Below the pieces are notes generated by a model. The model was given only the letters and a program-made list of their open reading frames with translations, was not told the DNA's origin and ran no database searches. Source: a virus (lineage: Duplodnaviria > Caudoviricetes). Taken from it: DNA of 54,503 nt. The position numbers and the translations under genes are program-made. The DNA lies in the IMG/VR virus record IMGVR_UViG_3300031957_001318, positions 1 to 54,503 of that record, one strand, 5' to 3'. Positions 46,560 through 54,503 of this stretch are shown piece by piece. Numbering within the stretch: position 1 is the first letter of the stretch; each line of letters begins with the position of its first letter.

Positions 46560-46737
46560 GTACGCATATCCGCAGGTAACGCAAGATGGTATCACGGGCG
46601 GCATGACCCTGCGCGATTGGTTTGCTGGGCAAGCGCTGGCAGGGCTTACCACCCTTGACGCTGACTGCGGCACGAAGGGTGTGGCGCACGATGCCTACGC
46701 CTTCGCCGACGCCATGCTAGAGGCCCGCGATAAATGA
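46552..46737 (+). CDS. Conserved small phage protein
   Basis: GMTLRDWFAGQAL...AYAFADAMLEAR motif. Confidence 0.8.
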   Translation: MSEYAYPQVTQDGITGGMTLRDWFAGQALAGLTTLDADCGTKGVAHDAYAFADAMLEARDK

Positions 46738-46807
46738 CCCACGCCATCATCATCTTCGCAATCATCATCACGCCCGCCGTCTGGGCTGTATCGGGGTATG
46801 TTTGGGT

Positions 46808-47479
46808 ATGAAAGCAGAATATGTAGACCATATGGGCGATGACCTTAGCGTGGTGAATGCCGCGCGGGTTTCTTTTGATAAGGTCAGTGAGTGGGACGAA
46901 CACGCCAGCCAGCAACTAGGCGCACAGACTCTGCTCGGCCCAGACACCCGCCTAATCAATTACCTAGCCCGTCACAATCATTGGACGCCGTTCGCTCATA
47001 CGTCCATCACCCTACGAATGGGCGCTCCCGTTCCGATCCGCACGCAATGCTTTAAGCACAAGCAAGGATTTGTCGAAAACGAGGAAAGCCGACGCTATAT
47101 CAGTTCTAGGCCAGAGGTGTTTATTCCAAAGCACTTTCGATCTGCGCCAGAAGGAAGCGTAAAGCAAGGTAGCGGCGGAATTCACCACGACAGCGATTGG
47201 TGGCTGGAACAATACAAGTGGCGCACTAAGGAGGCGGTTGACGCTTACATGGCTATGATTGATGATCATGTTTGCCCTGAGCAAGCGCGTTTCATCCTTC
47301 CGCAAGGCTGTGTCGTTAACTGGATTTGGACCGGCAATCTTGCATCTTACGCGCGTTTCTATAAAGAACGTACTTACGAAAAGGCGCAAGAGGAAGTGCA
47401 AGACCTTGCACGCGCTGTTGCTGATATTATCAAGCCGCTTTACCCGCATTCGTGGGCGGCTCTAACGGAGGCTGTATGA
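46808..47479 (+). CDS. thyX: Flavin-dependent thymidylate synthase
   Basis: VVNAARVSF, HWTPFAH, KHK..NEESRRY (variant of RHRX7S), EQARFILPQ and AQEE motifs. Confidence 0.92.
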   Translation: MKAEYVDHMGDDLSVVNAARVSFDKVSEWDEHASQQLGAQTLLGPDTRLINYLARHNHWTPFAHTSITLRMGAPVPIRTQCFKHKQGFVENEESRRYISSRPEVFIPKHFRSAPEGSVKQGSGGIHHDSDWWLEQYKWRTKEAVDAYMAMIDDHVCPEQARFILPQGCVVNWIWTGNLASYARFYKERTYEKAQEEVQDLARAVADIIKPLYPHSWAALTEAV

Positions 47480-47718
47480 AACACAAGGAGTGGACGCAAG
47501 ACCAACGTGACTATATGTTCCGTGTAGGTTATACCCCGTCAACTACGGATGAAATCCTAACCATGAATTACTGCATTGCATGGATGGCAGCATGGAATAA
47601 GCCGTTTGAGGAATGGCGCGATGCAGGGTTTAACAATCATATGTATTCGCGCATCAAGCCGAAACGAAAACAAAAGCTACTTCGGTTGAATATTGAAAAA
47701 ATGGAGGTCAACCAATGA
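47476..47718 (+). CDS. Hypothetical protein
   Basis: ATGA coupling on both sides; GGAGG RBS. Confidence 0.6.
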   Translation: MKHKEWTQDQRDYMFRVGYTPSTTDEILTMNYCIAWMAAWNKPFEEWRDAGFNNHMYSRIKPKRKQKLLRLNIEKMEVNQ

Positions 47719-48788
47719 AACTCACAACCGAGAAAAAACCGCTACTGGCAGCGCTGTCAAACCTCAGCAAAGTAGTAGAGCGCAAGAACACCATGCCTGT
47801 ATTGGGCAATATCCTTATGGCTATCAAGGATGGTGAGTTGCATATGCGAGCGACTGACCTTGATATTGAGGCGGGTGTTGCAGTTGAGTGCGAGGCGACA
47901 GAACCCGGCGCAACGACTGTATCGGCGTCTATGCTTCTGGATATTGTCAAGAAGGCACCGGACGGGGCGCTTATTAAACTCGCACACGCCAACGAAACTC
48001 TAACCGTGTCCTATGGCCGATCCAGCTTCAAGCTTGCAACACTGTCAGCCGATGATTTTCCTGTCATGGCATCGGATCAATACAGTTATAGCCTAAGCCT
48101 AGATGACGGGGAACTTGCGTACCTACTGAAACCGGCATTCGCGCAATCGACTGAGGAAACGCGATACTACCTTAACGGTATCTATCTACACCCAACCGAT
48201 GCGGGTATCACGAGTGTTGCAACGGACGGGCATAAACTTGCACGCTGCATTATTGACCGGCAAGAGGACTTTGCGGGCATCATCATCCCGCGCAAAACGG
48301 TTGCTATTCTTAAGGGCATTGATGGGCCTGTAACGATTGACGTTAGCGAAACCAAAATCCGTGTTTCGTCGCGCGCTATGGTTATCGTGTCCAAGGTTGT
48401 GGATGGCACGTTTCCGAATTACTCGGCTGTTATCCCCACGGACTACACCAGCCGCGCGCAGGTCAACGGAGATGATATTCGCAAGGCCTCTGATCGAGTT
48501 GCGACTGTATCAGACGGCAAGGCACGAGCTGTGAAGCTGTCATTCAAGGATGGCGGTATTGGTCTTTCGTCACGCAGCGGGATTGACGAGGCGCACGACG
48601 AGATTGACGCGGACGTTGATGGGGAACATATTGAACTTGGCGTGAATGCTGGATACTTAAAAGACACCATGGCCGAGTGTGATAGCGCCACAGTGACGAT
48701 TGAGTACAGTGGAAAGGGTGGCCCTATGGTGTTCCGACCGGACGATGACGCCGGGTTTATGGCGCTTGTGATGCCGTTTAGGGGGTAA
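47715..48788 (+). CDS. dnaN: DNA polymerase III beta sliding clamp
   Basis: ATDLDIE, STEETRYYLNGIYLH, VATDGHKLA, DGTFPNY and LVMP motifs. Confidence 0.93.
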   Translation: MKLTTEKKPLLAALSNLSKVVERKNTMPVLGNILMAIKDGELHMRATDLDIEAGVAVECEATEPGATTVSASMLLDIVKKAPDGALIKLAHANETLTVSYGRSSFKLATLSADDFPVMASDQYSYSLSLDDGELAYLLKPAFAQSTEETRYYLNGIYLHPTDAGITSVATDGHKLARCIIDRQEDFAGIIIPRKTVAILKGIDGPVTIDVSETKIRVSSRAMVIVSKVVDGTFPNYSAVIPTDYTSRAQVNGDDIRKASDRVATVSDGKARAVKLSFKDGGIGLSSRSGIDEAHDEIDADVDGEHIELGVNAGYLKDTMAECDSATVTIEYSGKGGPMVFRPDDDAGFMALVMPFRG

Positions 48789-48792
48789 AAAT

Positions 48793-48978
48793 ATGGATAA
48801 TGATATGACTATGACAAAAGAACAAATGGCAATGTGCTTCAACGAGTGGATGCAGCGATATGTTGATGATCCACAATCATTTGAAGTGGAATTCCAAACG
48901 GTTGCGCGCTTTTTGACAGAAGATGATCCTACATACGGCGATGAGTGCGCGGCTTACATGTTTAGCATTCTGGAATAA
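48793..48978 (+). CDS. Hypothetical protein
   Basis: FNEWMQRY...YGDECAAY. Confidence 0.6.
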   Translation: MDNDMTMTKEQMAMCFNEWMQRYVDDPQSFEVEFQTVARFLTEDDPTYGDECAAYMFSILE

Positions 48979-48987
48979 AAACAACCC

Positions 48988-49034
48988 ACCCCGCGTTTTT
49001 CCTGTTGACGGATGGCGCGGGGTTTGTGTATGGT
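48988..49034 (+). promoter_or_regulatory. Promoter with its -35 box inside an inverted repeat
   Basis: TTGACG(49005)-18-TATGGT; ACCCCGCG/CGCGGGGT stem. Confidence 0.5.
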
Positions 49035-49058
49035 GGGGGTATCAGATAGGAGGTTGAT

Positions 49059-49397
49059 ATGGCATGGCAGCGGATGACGGAACAAGAATGGCGCGAGCAT
49101 TTTTTCCGTGCATTAGATGATATTGAGGCATCACAGTTTGACTTTGTAACTGGCGCAGGCCGTTCTGGCGCTGTTGCTGCGGTTTATGCCTCTCACTATC
49201 TTGGACTTCCATTTAAGCCGCACAAGTCAGGAAATTACACCGATGATAGTGCGGTGCTCATTGTTGATACTGTTGAGTACACTGGCAAGACGCTAAGGAA
49301 AGCAAAATCTTGGTATGAACGAAAAGGACTGATTGCTGTGACGGCATATGCAATCAAGGAAGAACACGGGCATTACTTCAAAATGTGGTATGAATAA
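49059..49397 (+). CDS. Phosphoribosyltransferase-fold protein
   Basis: VTGAGRSGAVAA..ASH.LGLP and VLIVDTVEYTGKTL (PRPP-loop variant). Confidence 0.7.
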   Translation: MAWQRMTEQEWREHFFRALDDIEASQFDFVTGAGRSGAVAAVYASHYLGLPFKPHKSGNYTDDSAVLIVDTVEYTGKTLRKAKSWYERKGLIAVTAYAIKEEHGHYFKMWYE

Positions 49398-49398
49398 C

Positions 49399-49431
49399 AA
49401 AAAAAAGCCCGCCTCACTGGCGGGTTTCTTC
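49399..49431. terminator. Bidirectional terminator between the convergent arms
   Basis: A-run, GCCCGCC-TCACT-GGCGGGT stem, then TTCTT. Confidence 0.75.
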
Positions 49432-49746
49432 ATACTCAATCAGCAAGTCCAAGAAGTGCCGCGCTTTCTTCAAATCCTGTACACCACCCTTGTCTTTCCA
49501 TCTGGTGACATACTTGATAACAGACCCCTCCATGAAACCAATCCCATTCGCCATGCAATATTCTACCGGCTGAATGGCTTTCGTCTTGTAGTGGTCGCCG
49601 CCTTCTTGGTGTTGTAGAGCGCTTTTTGCAAATGGATTCATGGATACGATAGGACCATTATACCCCGCGTCCATCCTGCACCATGGGCATTCTGTTCCAG
49701 AATAGATACCATGCGTCATGCAATTCCGCTGTACACTCATATTCAA
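49414..49746 (-). CDS. DUF3310 (T7 gp1.7-like nucleotide kinase family) protein
   Basis: QEGGDHYK..IQPVEY and EGSVIKYVTRWKDKGGVQDLKKA motifs. Confidence 0.85.
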   Translation of the reverse strand: MNMSVQRNCMTHGIYSGTECPWCRMDAGYNGPIVSMNPFAKSALQHQEGGDHYKTKAIQPVEYCMANGIGFMEGSVIKYVTRWKDKGGVQDLKKARHFLDLLIEYEETRQ

Positions 49747-50840
49747 CCCCTCCTAATCGGCTCAATAGCCTGCATAATCAACCCGTCTTTATCGCAGAAC
49801 GTCAACGACTGCAAAGCGCGCCTAGACGAGAACCCGGACCCGTATTCATCGGCAGGGCAGAACGCGCGCAAAGACCACCACTTAACGCCGGGGAAGTCCT
49901 TGATGCTGTCGTGGTGAATGTGCCCTGTGAGCAAGTGCCTATCACGCGCCATAGACCATTCAGGGCAAGTGTCTGCAAGGTGCATGGCTAGGCGTTGCGC
50001 TGGGTGACGGTCGCCATGATGCGATGCCACAAGTGCCACGCCATGCCTAATCCAATATGTATCCCGTTGCGCATCCTCAATCGTTACCATTGGTGCAAGA
50101 CGATACCTAGCGGCAAGGGCAAAGTGTAGGATCAAATGCGAGTGTTGATCGTGATTCCCTCGCTGGACCCTAACCGTAACCTTTGAATGCCGCTCTGCCA
50201 GCCCGTCGATCACATTGCAGATCGCATGAATGGCAACCTCAGATACCTTGTACAACCGTCCGTCAGTATCCACCACATGCTTGCGGGATTGCGTGTGCCC
50301 CTCGTTATCGTCGGCGTGCAACGTATCCCCGCCAAGGATCAGCACGGCATGGTCGCTCGCTGGAGTGCGAGACCATAGACGATCAAACGCCGTGATAAGG
50401 TCAGTGCGCGCTAGGTCTAGGTCATAATCCTGTCCGCCCGTTTCACGCCCCCACGCCTTCATGCCGAAATGCGCATCCATCAGCGGGTATACAGTGAGCA
50501 GCCCATCACCAACCGGCTTGATAGGATTAGGCCGATACGTTGGCACGTTCTGGAATGCGTCACGGATGGTTTCTAGATGATCCTCTGTGGCGGTTTCCGG
50601 CACGTCAAACACATAGTAGGTCGAGCGATCATCCTGTTTAACCCACATGGCCCTAGGAGTACCCGCCGCGCCATCTGACTGTGCGGCTTGCTTGGCGATT
50701 GGGTCCGCGTCAACCCATCGCCGCGCACGCTCCCAGCGGCTACGGGCAGACCTGTAAGAAATACCAAGACGGCTTGCAACTTGCCTTAGCGTTAGGCCGG
50801 ATTGTTTCAGGTCGTAGACTTGTTTTTGTTCTGGCGTCAC
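49743..50840 (-). CDS. Calcineurin-like metallophosphoesterase with N-terminal HTH
   Basis: DAH, GGDTLH, GNHD, HHGD and GHIHH motifs; HTH GLTLRQVASRLGIS; GTG start after GGAGG. Confidence 0.8.
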   Translation of the reverse strand: MTPEQKQVYDLKQSGLTLRQVASRLGISYRSARSRWERARRWVDADPIAKQAAQSDGAAGTPRAMWVKQDDRSTYYVFDVPETATEDHLETIRDAFQNVPTYRPNPIKPVGDGLLTVYPLMDAHFGMKAWGRETGGQDYDLDLARTDLITAFDRLWSRTPASDHAVLILGGDTLHADDNEGHTQSRKHVVDTDGRLYKVSEVAIHAICNVIDGLAERHSKVTVRVQRGNHDQHSHLILHFALAARYRLAPMVTIEDAQRDTYWIRHGVALVASHHGDRHPAQRLAMHLADTCPEWSMARDRHLLTGHIHHDSIKDFPGVKWWSLRAFCPADEYGSGFSSRRALQSLTFCDKDGLIMQAIEPIRRG

Positions 50841-51100
50841 CAGATATCCTCCGAATATAGGTCTCGCTGGCAGGTTGTTCCATTTGGAATTTGCCCAGCA
50901 ACCCAAGCAATTTGCATGGCCTGCACACGGTTTACAAATCGGCCCTTGCTTGTCAGAAATCCTTGACAAACGTAATGAATTGCACCTTTTGGCAAGAATT
51001 GCTCAGCGCAGCGCAAAACCTGCCCATGACGGGCAGGCTTCGGTAGACTAATGGTAACACCATCGTATTGAATGGCGGCGGCGGTGATACGTTCGGTCAT
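50837..51100 (-). CDS. Conserved hypothetical phage protein
   Basis: PARH, QGFLTSKGRFVNR and LYSEDIW motifs. Confidence 0.75.
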   Translation of the reverse strand: MTERITAAAIQYDGVTISLPKPARHGQVLRCAEQFLPKGAIHYVCQGFLTSKGRFVNRVQAMQIAWVAGQIPNGTTCQRDLYSEDIW

Positions 51101-51285
51101 TCTCCATATTCCCCGCGCATGGCACCAATGATGCAGTCGAACATTACAAATATTGTTTCAGCATCAACATTCATTCCTTTAAGCGTCAGGAACCAATCTT
51201 CAAACGTACTGTCAGTATCGTTTTTCCACCAATCGTTTTCAGCATTCCACTCTTTGAATGCCTCAATATCGTCACCGCTAATCAT
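51097..51285 (-). CDS. Small acidic hypothetical protein
   Basis: ATGA coupling on both sides. Confidence 0.6.
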   Translation of the reverse strand: MISGDDIEAFKEWNAENDWWKNDTDSTFEDWFLTLKGMNVDAETIFVMFDCIIGAMRGEYGE

Positions 51286-51563
51286 GTATCAAACCCCCAA
51301 TGCAGTTGTTCAAAACCACTACCATTCACAAGCATACAAGTAAAACCAGTCGGCAATTCCGCGACAATCAGGAAAGCGCCGGTTAGCGGATTTGCATAAG
51401 TAACAATGCGCGCGCCGTCCGAAACACCCTCCGACGCTGCAACATATCCGTTGTTTTCATGGTATTCATCAGCGACATGACGCGGCACACAATCGAGCGC
51501 ATAGGCTGGCGCGGTTGCGCAGGTTGACAGGGCGGCGCACAGGGCCAGTGTGGCGAACTTCAC
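51282..51563 (-). CDS. Putative exported protein
   Basis: GTG start after GGAGG; signal-peptide-like MKFATLALCAAL...AYA. Confidence 0.55.
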   Translation of the reverse strand: MKFATLALCAALSTCATAPAYALDCVPRHVADEYHENNGYVAASEGVSDGARIVTYANPLTGAFLIVAELPTGFTCMLVNGSGFEQLHWGFDT

Positions 51564-51882
51564 TTCATTCCCTCCAATACCACTCCCACGAGCGGCGGCA
51601 ATGGCGCTCTGTGAAAATCCAAACCCACACGCGCCAGAATGTGGACCTGTCTTGCAACGCATAAGCGCGGCTGCAAAGCGACTGTGATTTATCCTTGAAA
51701 ATAGCGTCATGCATCACGCGAGACAAATCACTGATATGCATATTAGCCTCCTGAGCAATATGGCCGGTTTCTATGCCTCAAGGCTAGGAGGTATCGCCAA
51801 GGCAAAGGATCACCGGAAACCATGGATACCGTAGCATGTAGTTAGGTGGATGTAAAGAAGCCCGCGCGGTGGCGGGCTTAGT

Positions 51883-52137
51883 TTAGAAGCGAACAGTGTT
51901 TCCCTTGAACCATCCAGAGCAAACAACGCCATCAACTGGCGTTCCATTTGGCGAGATGGCGGTAAACGCAGTCCTAAACGTATCGCGTTCGTCGCAACCA
52001 AACAACGAATACCCAGTTACTTGGATATTTGTATACCCCATCTGTTCAAGTGTTTGCCGTGCACCGTCAGCATCGGAACACGCCGAAAGAATGACGGAGC
52101 TAGCGATAAGAGCGGCAGCCAAAATACTTTTCATCAT
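51883..52137 (-). CDS. Putative lipoprotein
   Basis: Lipobox ILSAC; GVVCSGWFKGNTVRF C-terminus. Confidence 0.75.
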   Translation of the reverse strand: MMKSILAAALIASSVILSACSDADGARQTLEQMGYTNIQVTGYSLFGCDERDTFRTAFTAISPNGTPVDGVVCSGWFKGNTVRF

Positions 52138-52143
52138 CTCACC

Positions 52144-52356
52144 TCAAAACGTAATCGTGATTTTGTCGCCGGGGTAGAAGCGGTAGGTGGCATCTGTATC
52201 ATTGAATTCGCCGAAGTTATCATGCACTTCACCAAATGTAGAAATCCAAATGCTGTTCCCGCTTTCAGTCTTCACAATCAAATCACCATCACTATCAATA
52301 AACGCCACACACTCGCCGCGATCCTTTTCGTCATCATACTCAAACTTCATAGCCAA
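52144..52356 (-). CDS. Hypothetical protein
   Basis: AGGAGG RBS; TTGACA promoter at ~52411 on minus. Confidence 0.7.
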   Translation of the reverse strand: MAMKFEYDDEKDRGECVAFIDSDGDLIVKTESGNSIWISTFGEVHDNFGEFNDTDATYRFYPGDKITITF

Positions 52357-52582
52357 ACCTCCTTTTTCATGCTGGCCCTTACCTCATACACCACCCCTAA
52401 TCCCATGTCAACAAAAAAGACCCGCCTAAGCGAGCCTTTGCATTGTAGTCTATGTTATGTCGTCGCTTCTAATTCAAGGCGGGTACAGGGGTCTGCGATT
52501 GGTAGTACATCGAAAATCCAGTTCCGCCATGTTAATGCCTCGCTGTTAGTGGTATAAGGGTAGCACGTCGCAGCGGATTGCG

Positions 52583-52816
52583 TCAAGGCACCAAAAACGA
52601 AAAATCAGGGCAAGCGTTCACAAAGTCGGCATAGGCGATGCCGATATCTGCAATGGTCTGCGCCGTGTCATCGTGTGACCGCGTTGGCAGGCTGTTACCC
52701 CATGTCTCGCATAGGGTTGCCTCAGTCTCGGAACCCCGCATCATCAAGTTCCCGCAACCGCTGAGCGCGATCAACGTTAACCCTGCGACGAATGTCCTTA
52801 GCGTTTTCATAGTCAT
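52583..52816 (-). CDS. Outer-membrane spanin (Rz1-like lipoprotein)
   Basis: Lipobox LIALSGC; overlaps the i-spanin gene in another frame; GGAGG RBS. Confidence 0.65.
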   Translation of the reverse strand: MTMKTLRTFVAGLTLIALSGCGNLMMRGSETEATLCETWGNSLPTRSHDDTAQTIADIGIAYADFVNACPDFSFLVP

Positions 52817-52943
52817 CCTCCATGGCGTCTTGGTTAGCGTCACTCTCGCCAGACGCGCGGCCTCGCCAGTATGCCACAAGAGCGCCAAGGATAGCAACCC
52901 CTAAAGTCCCTAGGATTGTGGGGATAAGGTCTAGGCCGAACAT
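52722..52943 (-). CDS. Inner-membrane spanin (Rz-like)
   Basis: N-terminal TM followed by YWRGR and a charged helix; position in the lysis cassette. Confidence 0.6.
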   Translation of the reverse strand: MFGLDLIPTILGTLGVAILGALVAYWRGRASGESDANQDAMEDDYENAKDIRRRVNVDRAQRLRELDDAGFRD

Positions 52944-53119
52944 GCGTCACCAAACTTAGCCATAGCGTTAGCTGCGATATCATCAAGAACCGCGTTAAGA
53001 TCATCTAGTGACTTGCCGCGCAGGGCCTCTTGGTATGCCGCCTTAGCAACATCCTTCAGCATAGGTCCGATAAGTTCAACGTCTTTGATGCTGATACTAA
53101 TGCTTGCGATATCTGCCAT
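52931..53119 (-). CDS. Hypothetical protein in the lysis cassette
   Basis: TAATG coupling with the holin gene. Confidence 0.55.
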   Translation of the reverse strand: MADIASISISIKDVELIGPMLKDVAKAAYQEALRGKSLDDLNAVLDDIAANAMAKFGDACSA

Positions 53120-53319
53120 TACTCACTCCCTTGCGGAACCAGTCGCCCCACGATACCCAACACCATAAGAACAGCCGTCACGGTAGACGCCAGATCATCC
53201 GGAACCCTAGCCTTCAAATCATCCGGCACGAACAGCCACGCACCCTGAATAGCCCCAGCGAGCGCCATAGCCTGCACAGACCACCACCGCCACGCTTTCT
53301 TTGCATCCCTCACAAGCAT
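53119..53319 (-). CDS. Holin (2 TM)
   Basis: MLVRDAKKAWRWWSVQAMAL...GRLVPQ; directly after the endolysin gene. Confidence 0.75.
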   Translation of the reverse strand: MLVRDAKKAWRWWSVQAMALAGAIQGAWLFVPDDLKARVPDDLASTVTAVLMVLGIVGRLVPQGSE

Positions 53320-53320
53320 A

Positions 53321-54028
53321 TCAATCCACCTTAAACCAACCGAGAATAATCGACAGTAGGTTAGGGCGCTCTGCGGGGCGTTTTGTCGGACGCGCAGGCA
53401 CAACCGAATAGCCCGAAGCAACCAGAGCGTCACGCCACTTGACGGCCCAATCCGCATACTTCCGCGCTTCAAACGTGCCGTTAACAACCCGCCGCGCCTG
53501 CACGAAATCCAGCTTGCCAGCGTTCGTGTAGTCTGCCAAAGACTTACCAGTAAACATGCCGTTCAACATGCCGTCAAATAGCGCTGGAACCCCATACTCT
53601 AGCGTTGCAGCCTTAGCTGGATCATCAGCCAAACCAAACTTAGCGTAGTTATCCTTTCCGGTAAGCTGCGGCAACCCGCCCCCACGGTAAATCCACCCGT
53701 CGCCGCTCGCCTCATTGCCGTTGCCAAGCATATTGGCGTAAGCGGCACTGGCAAGGGCCTTCGGGCTTCTGGCAAGCTCTTGTTCACGCCCTGCCAGACG
53801 CTTGAACACTTGGCTAATACGCTCAGCGCTGTAGTACATATTTTCGCGCTTGCTGTAATCCATACCGCTTTCGCCTTGCGCCGTGGCAAGGATGTAAGCA
53901 AGATGGTCAACCGAAACGCCGCGATTTACGCCCGCCGAGACAATCGCGTTGATTGTGTCAACTTGCTTTTGACTTAGCGATCCGCCAATGATTTGACGCG
54001 CATCGCTGAAAAATTCATCCATATCCAT
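53321..54028 (-). CDS. Endolysin, glycoside hydrolase family 19-like
   Basis: AYILATAQGES, DGWIYRGGGLPQLTGKDNY and ARRVVNG motifs. Confidence 0.85.
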   Translation of the reverse strand: MDMDEFFSDARQIIGGSLSQKQVDTINAIVSAGVNRGVSVDHLAYILATAQGESGMDYSKRENMYYSAERISQVFKRLAGREQELARSPKALASAAYANMLGNGNEASGDGWIYRGGGLPQLTGKDNYAKFGLADDPAKAATLEYGVPALFDGMLNGMFTGKSLADYTNAGKLDFVQARRVVNGTFEARKYADWAVKWRDALVASGYSVVPARPTKRPAERPNLLSIILGWFKVD

Positions 54029-54152
54029 ATTCTACACTCCTGCTAATGGATTCCTACCGCCCTAAGTATTAGCATGAAACTATCAGCAAACCAATTCAGC
54101 ATACTGACAAGCGCCATGCAAACAAGTGTGAATGTCGGCAGGATTTTAGTCA

Positions 54153-54380
54153 TCATTGCAGAGCGTCCGAAATTAGACCAATGATAGCCCGACCCTGATC
54201 GCTTCCAAGGAATGCCACGACCACTAGAACCGCTAGAAAGTGCTTCCATTTTCCCATTACATAAACAAAAGGCCCCAAGGATTCATCATGCTCAGGAAAC
54301 CGATCCAGCACATAACGGACGTTCTGTAGCTCTTCCTCTGAAAGCGGCTCCTTGCTCCAGCCGCGCCTGTCATTGCTCAT
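54153..54380 (-). CDS. Small membrane protein upstream of the endolysin
   Basis: Single TM FLAVLVVVAFLG; follows the junction-spanning gene. Confidence 0.6.
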   Translation of the reverse strand: MSNDRRGWSKEPLSEEELQNVRYVLDRFPEHDESLGPFVYVMGKWKHFLAVLVVVAFLGSDQGRAIIGLISDALQ

Positions 54381-54412
54381 TTGTCACCGGCCTTTTTCTT
54401 CAACGCGCGTAT

Positions 54413-54503
54413 TCCGATAATTATAGCAATCACCGCGTCTATTGTCAGTCCGGCCCATAAAGCGCTTTCCATCAAACCAAGAAACCAATCCACCATAAGA
54501 GCC
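54413..54503. repeat. Terminal direct repeat, right copy
   Basis: Identical to 1-91. Confidence 0.97.

Overview
The window is an apparently complete, circularly assembled dsDNA tailed-phage genome. The unit length is 54,412 bp: bases 1-91 are repeated exactly at 54413-54503, and a membrane-protein gene reads through the junction. It is siphovirus-like (major tail protein, frameshifting tail chaperones, tape measure). It most likely infects an alphaproteobacterium, probably Rhodobacterales, judging from its SSB, DnaN and NrdJ sequences. No integrase, repressor, DNA polymerase or RNA polymerase is recognisable, so a lytic lifestyle using host Pol III and host RNAP is inferred. The minus strand carries terminase, portal, a fibre module, head, neck and tail genes (1-29.3 kb), small early ORFs (26-32 kb), and the lysis cassette plus other small genes (49.4-54.4 kb). 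The plus strand carries replication, recombination and nucleotide genes (32.3-49.4 kb). These include primase-helicase, SF2 helicase, VRR-NUC, YqaJ, SSB, a DNA methyltransferase, HD hydrolase, dUTPase, NrdJ, ThyX, DnaN and three homing-endonuclease-like genes. The most unusual points are: (1) the structural region is broken up by antisense, self-promoted cassettes carrying an RNA ligase plus tRNA-Asn, a polynucleotide-kinase-like gene and a DIP1984-like gene; (2) the DIP1984-like gene has a ~260-nt leader containing ~13 AA(G)-centred units at ~7-nt spacing inside a closing stem, a candidate protein-ncRNA system; (3) there are overlapping bidirectional promoters, probably leaderless head-assembly mRNAs, and promoters whose -10 box lies in a terminator loop; (4) a sulfotransferase gene directly follows the major capsid gene. 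All family calls come from motif recognition by eye, not from database searches.
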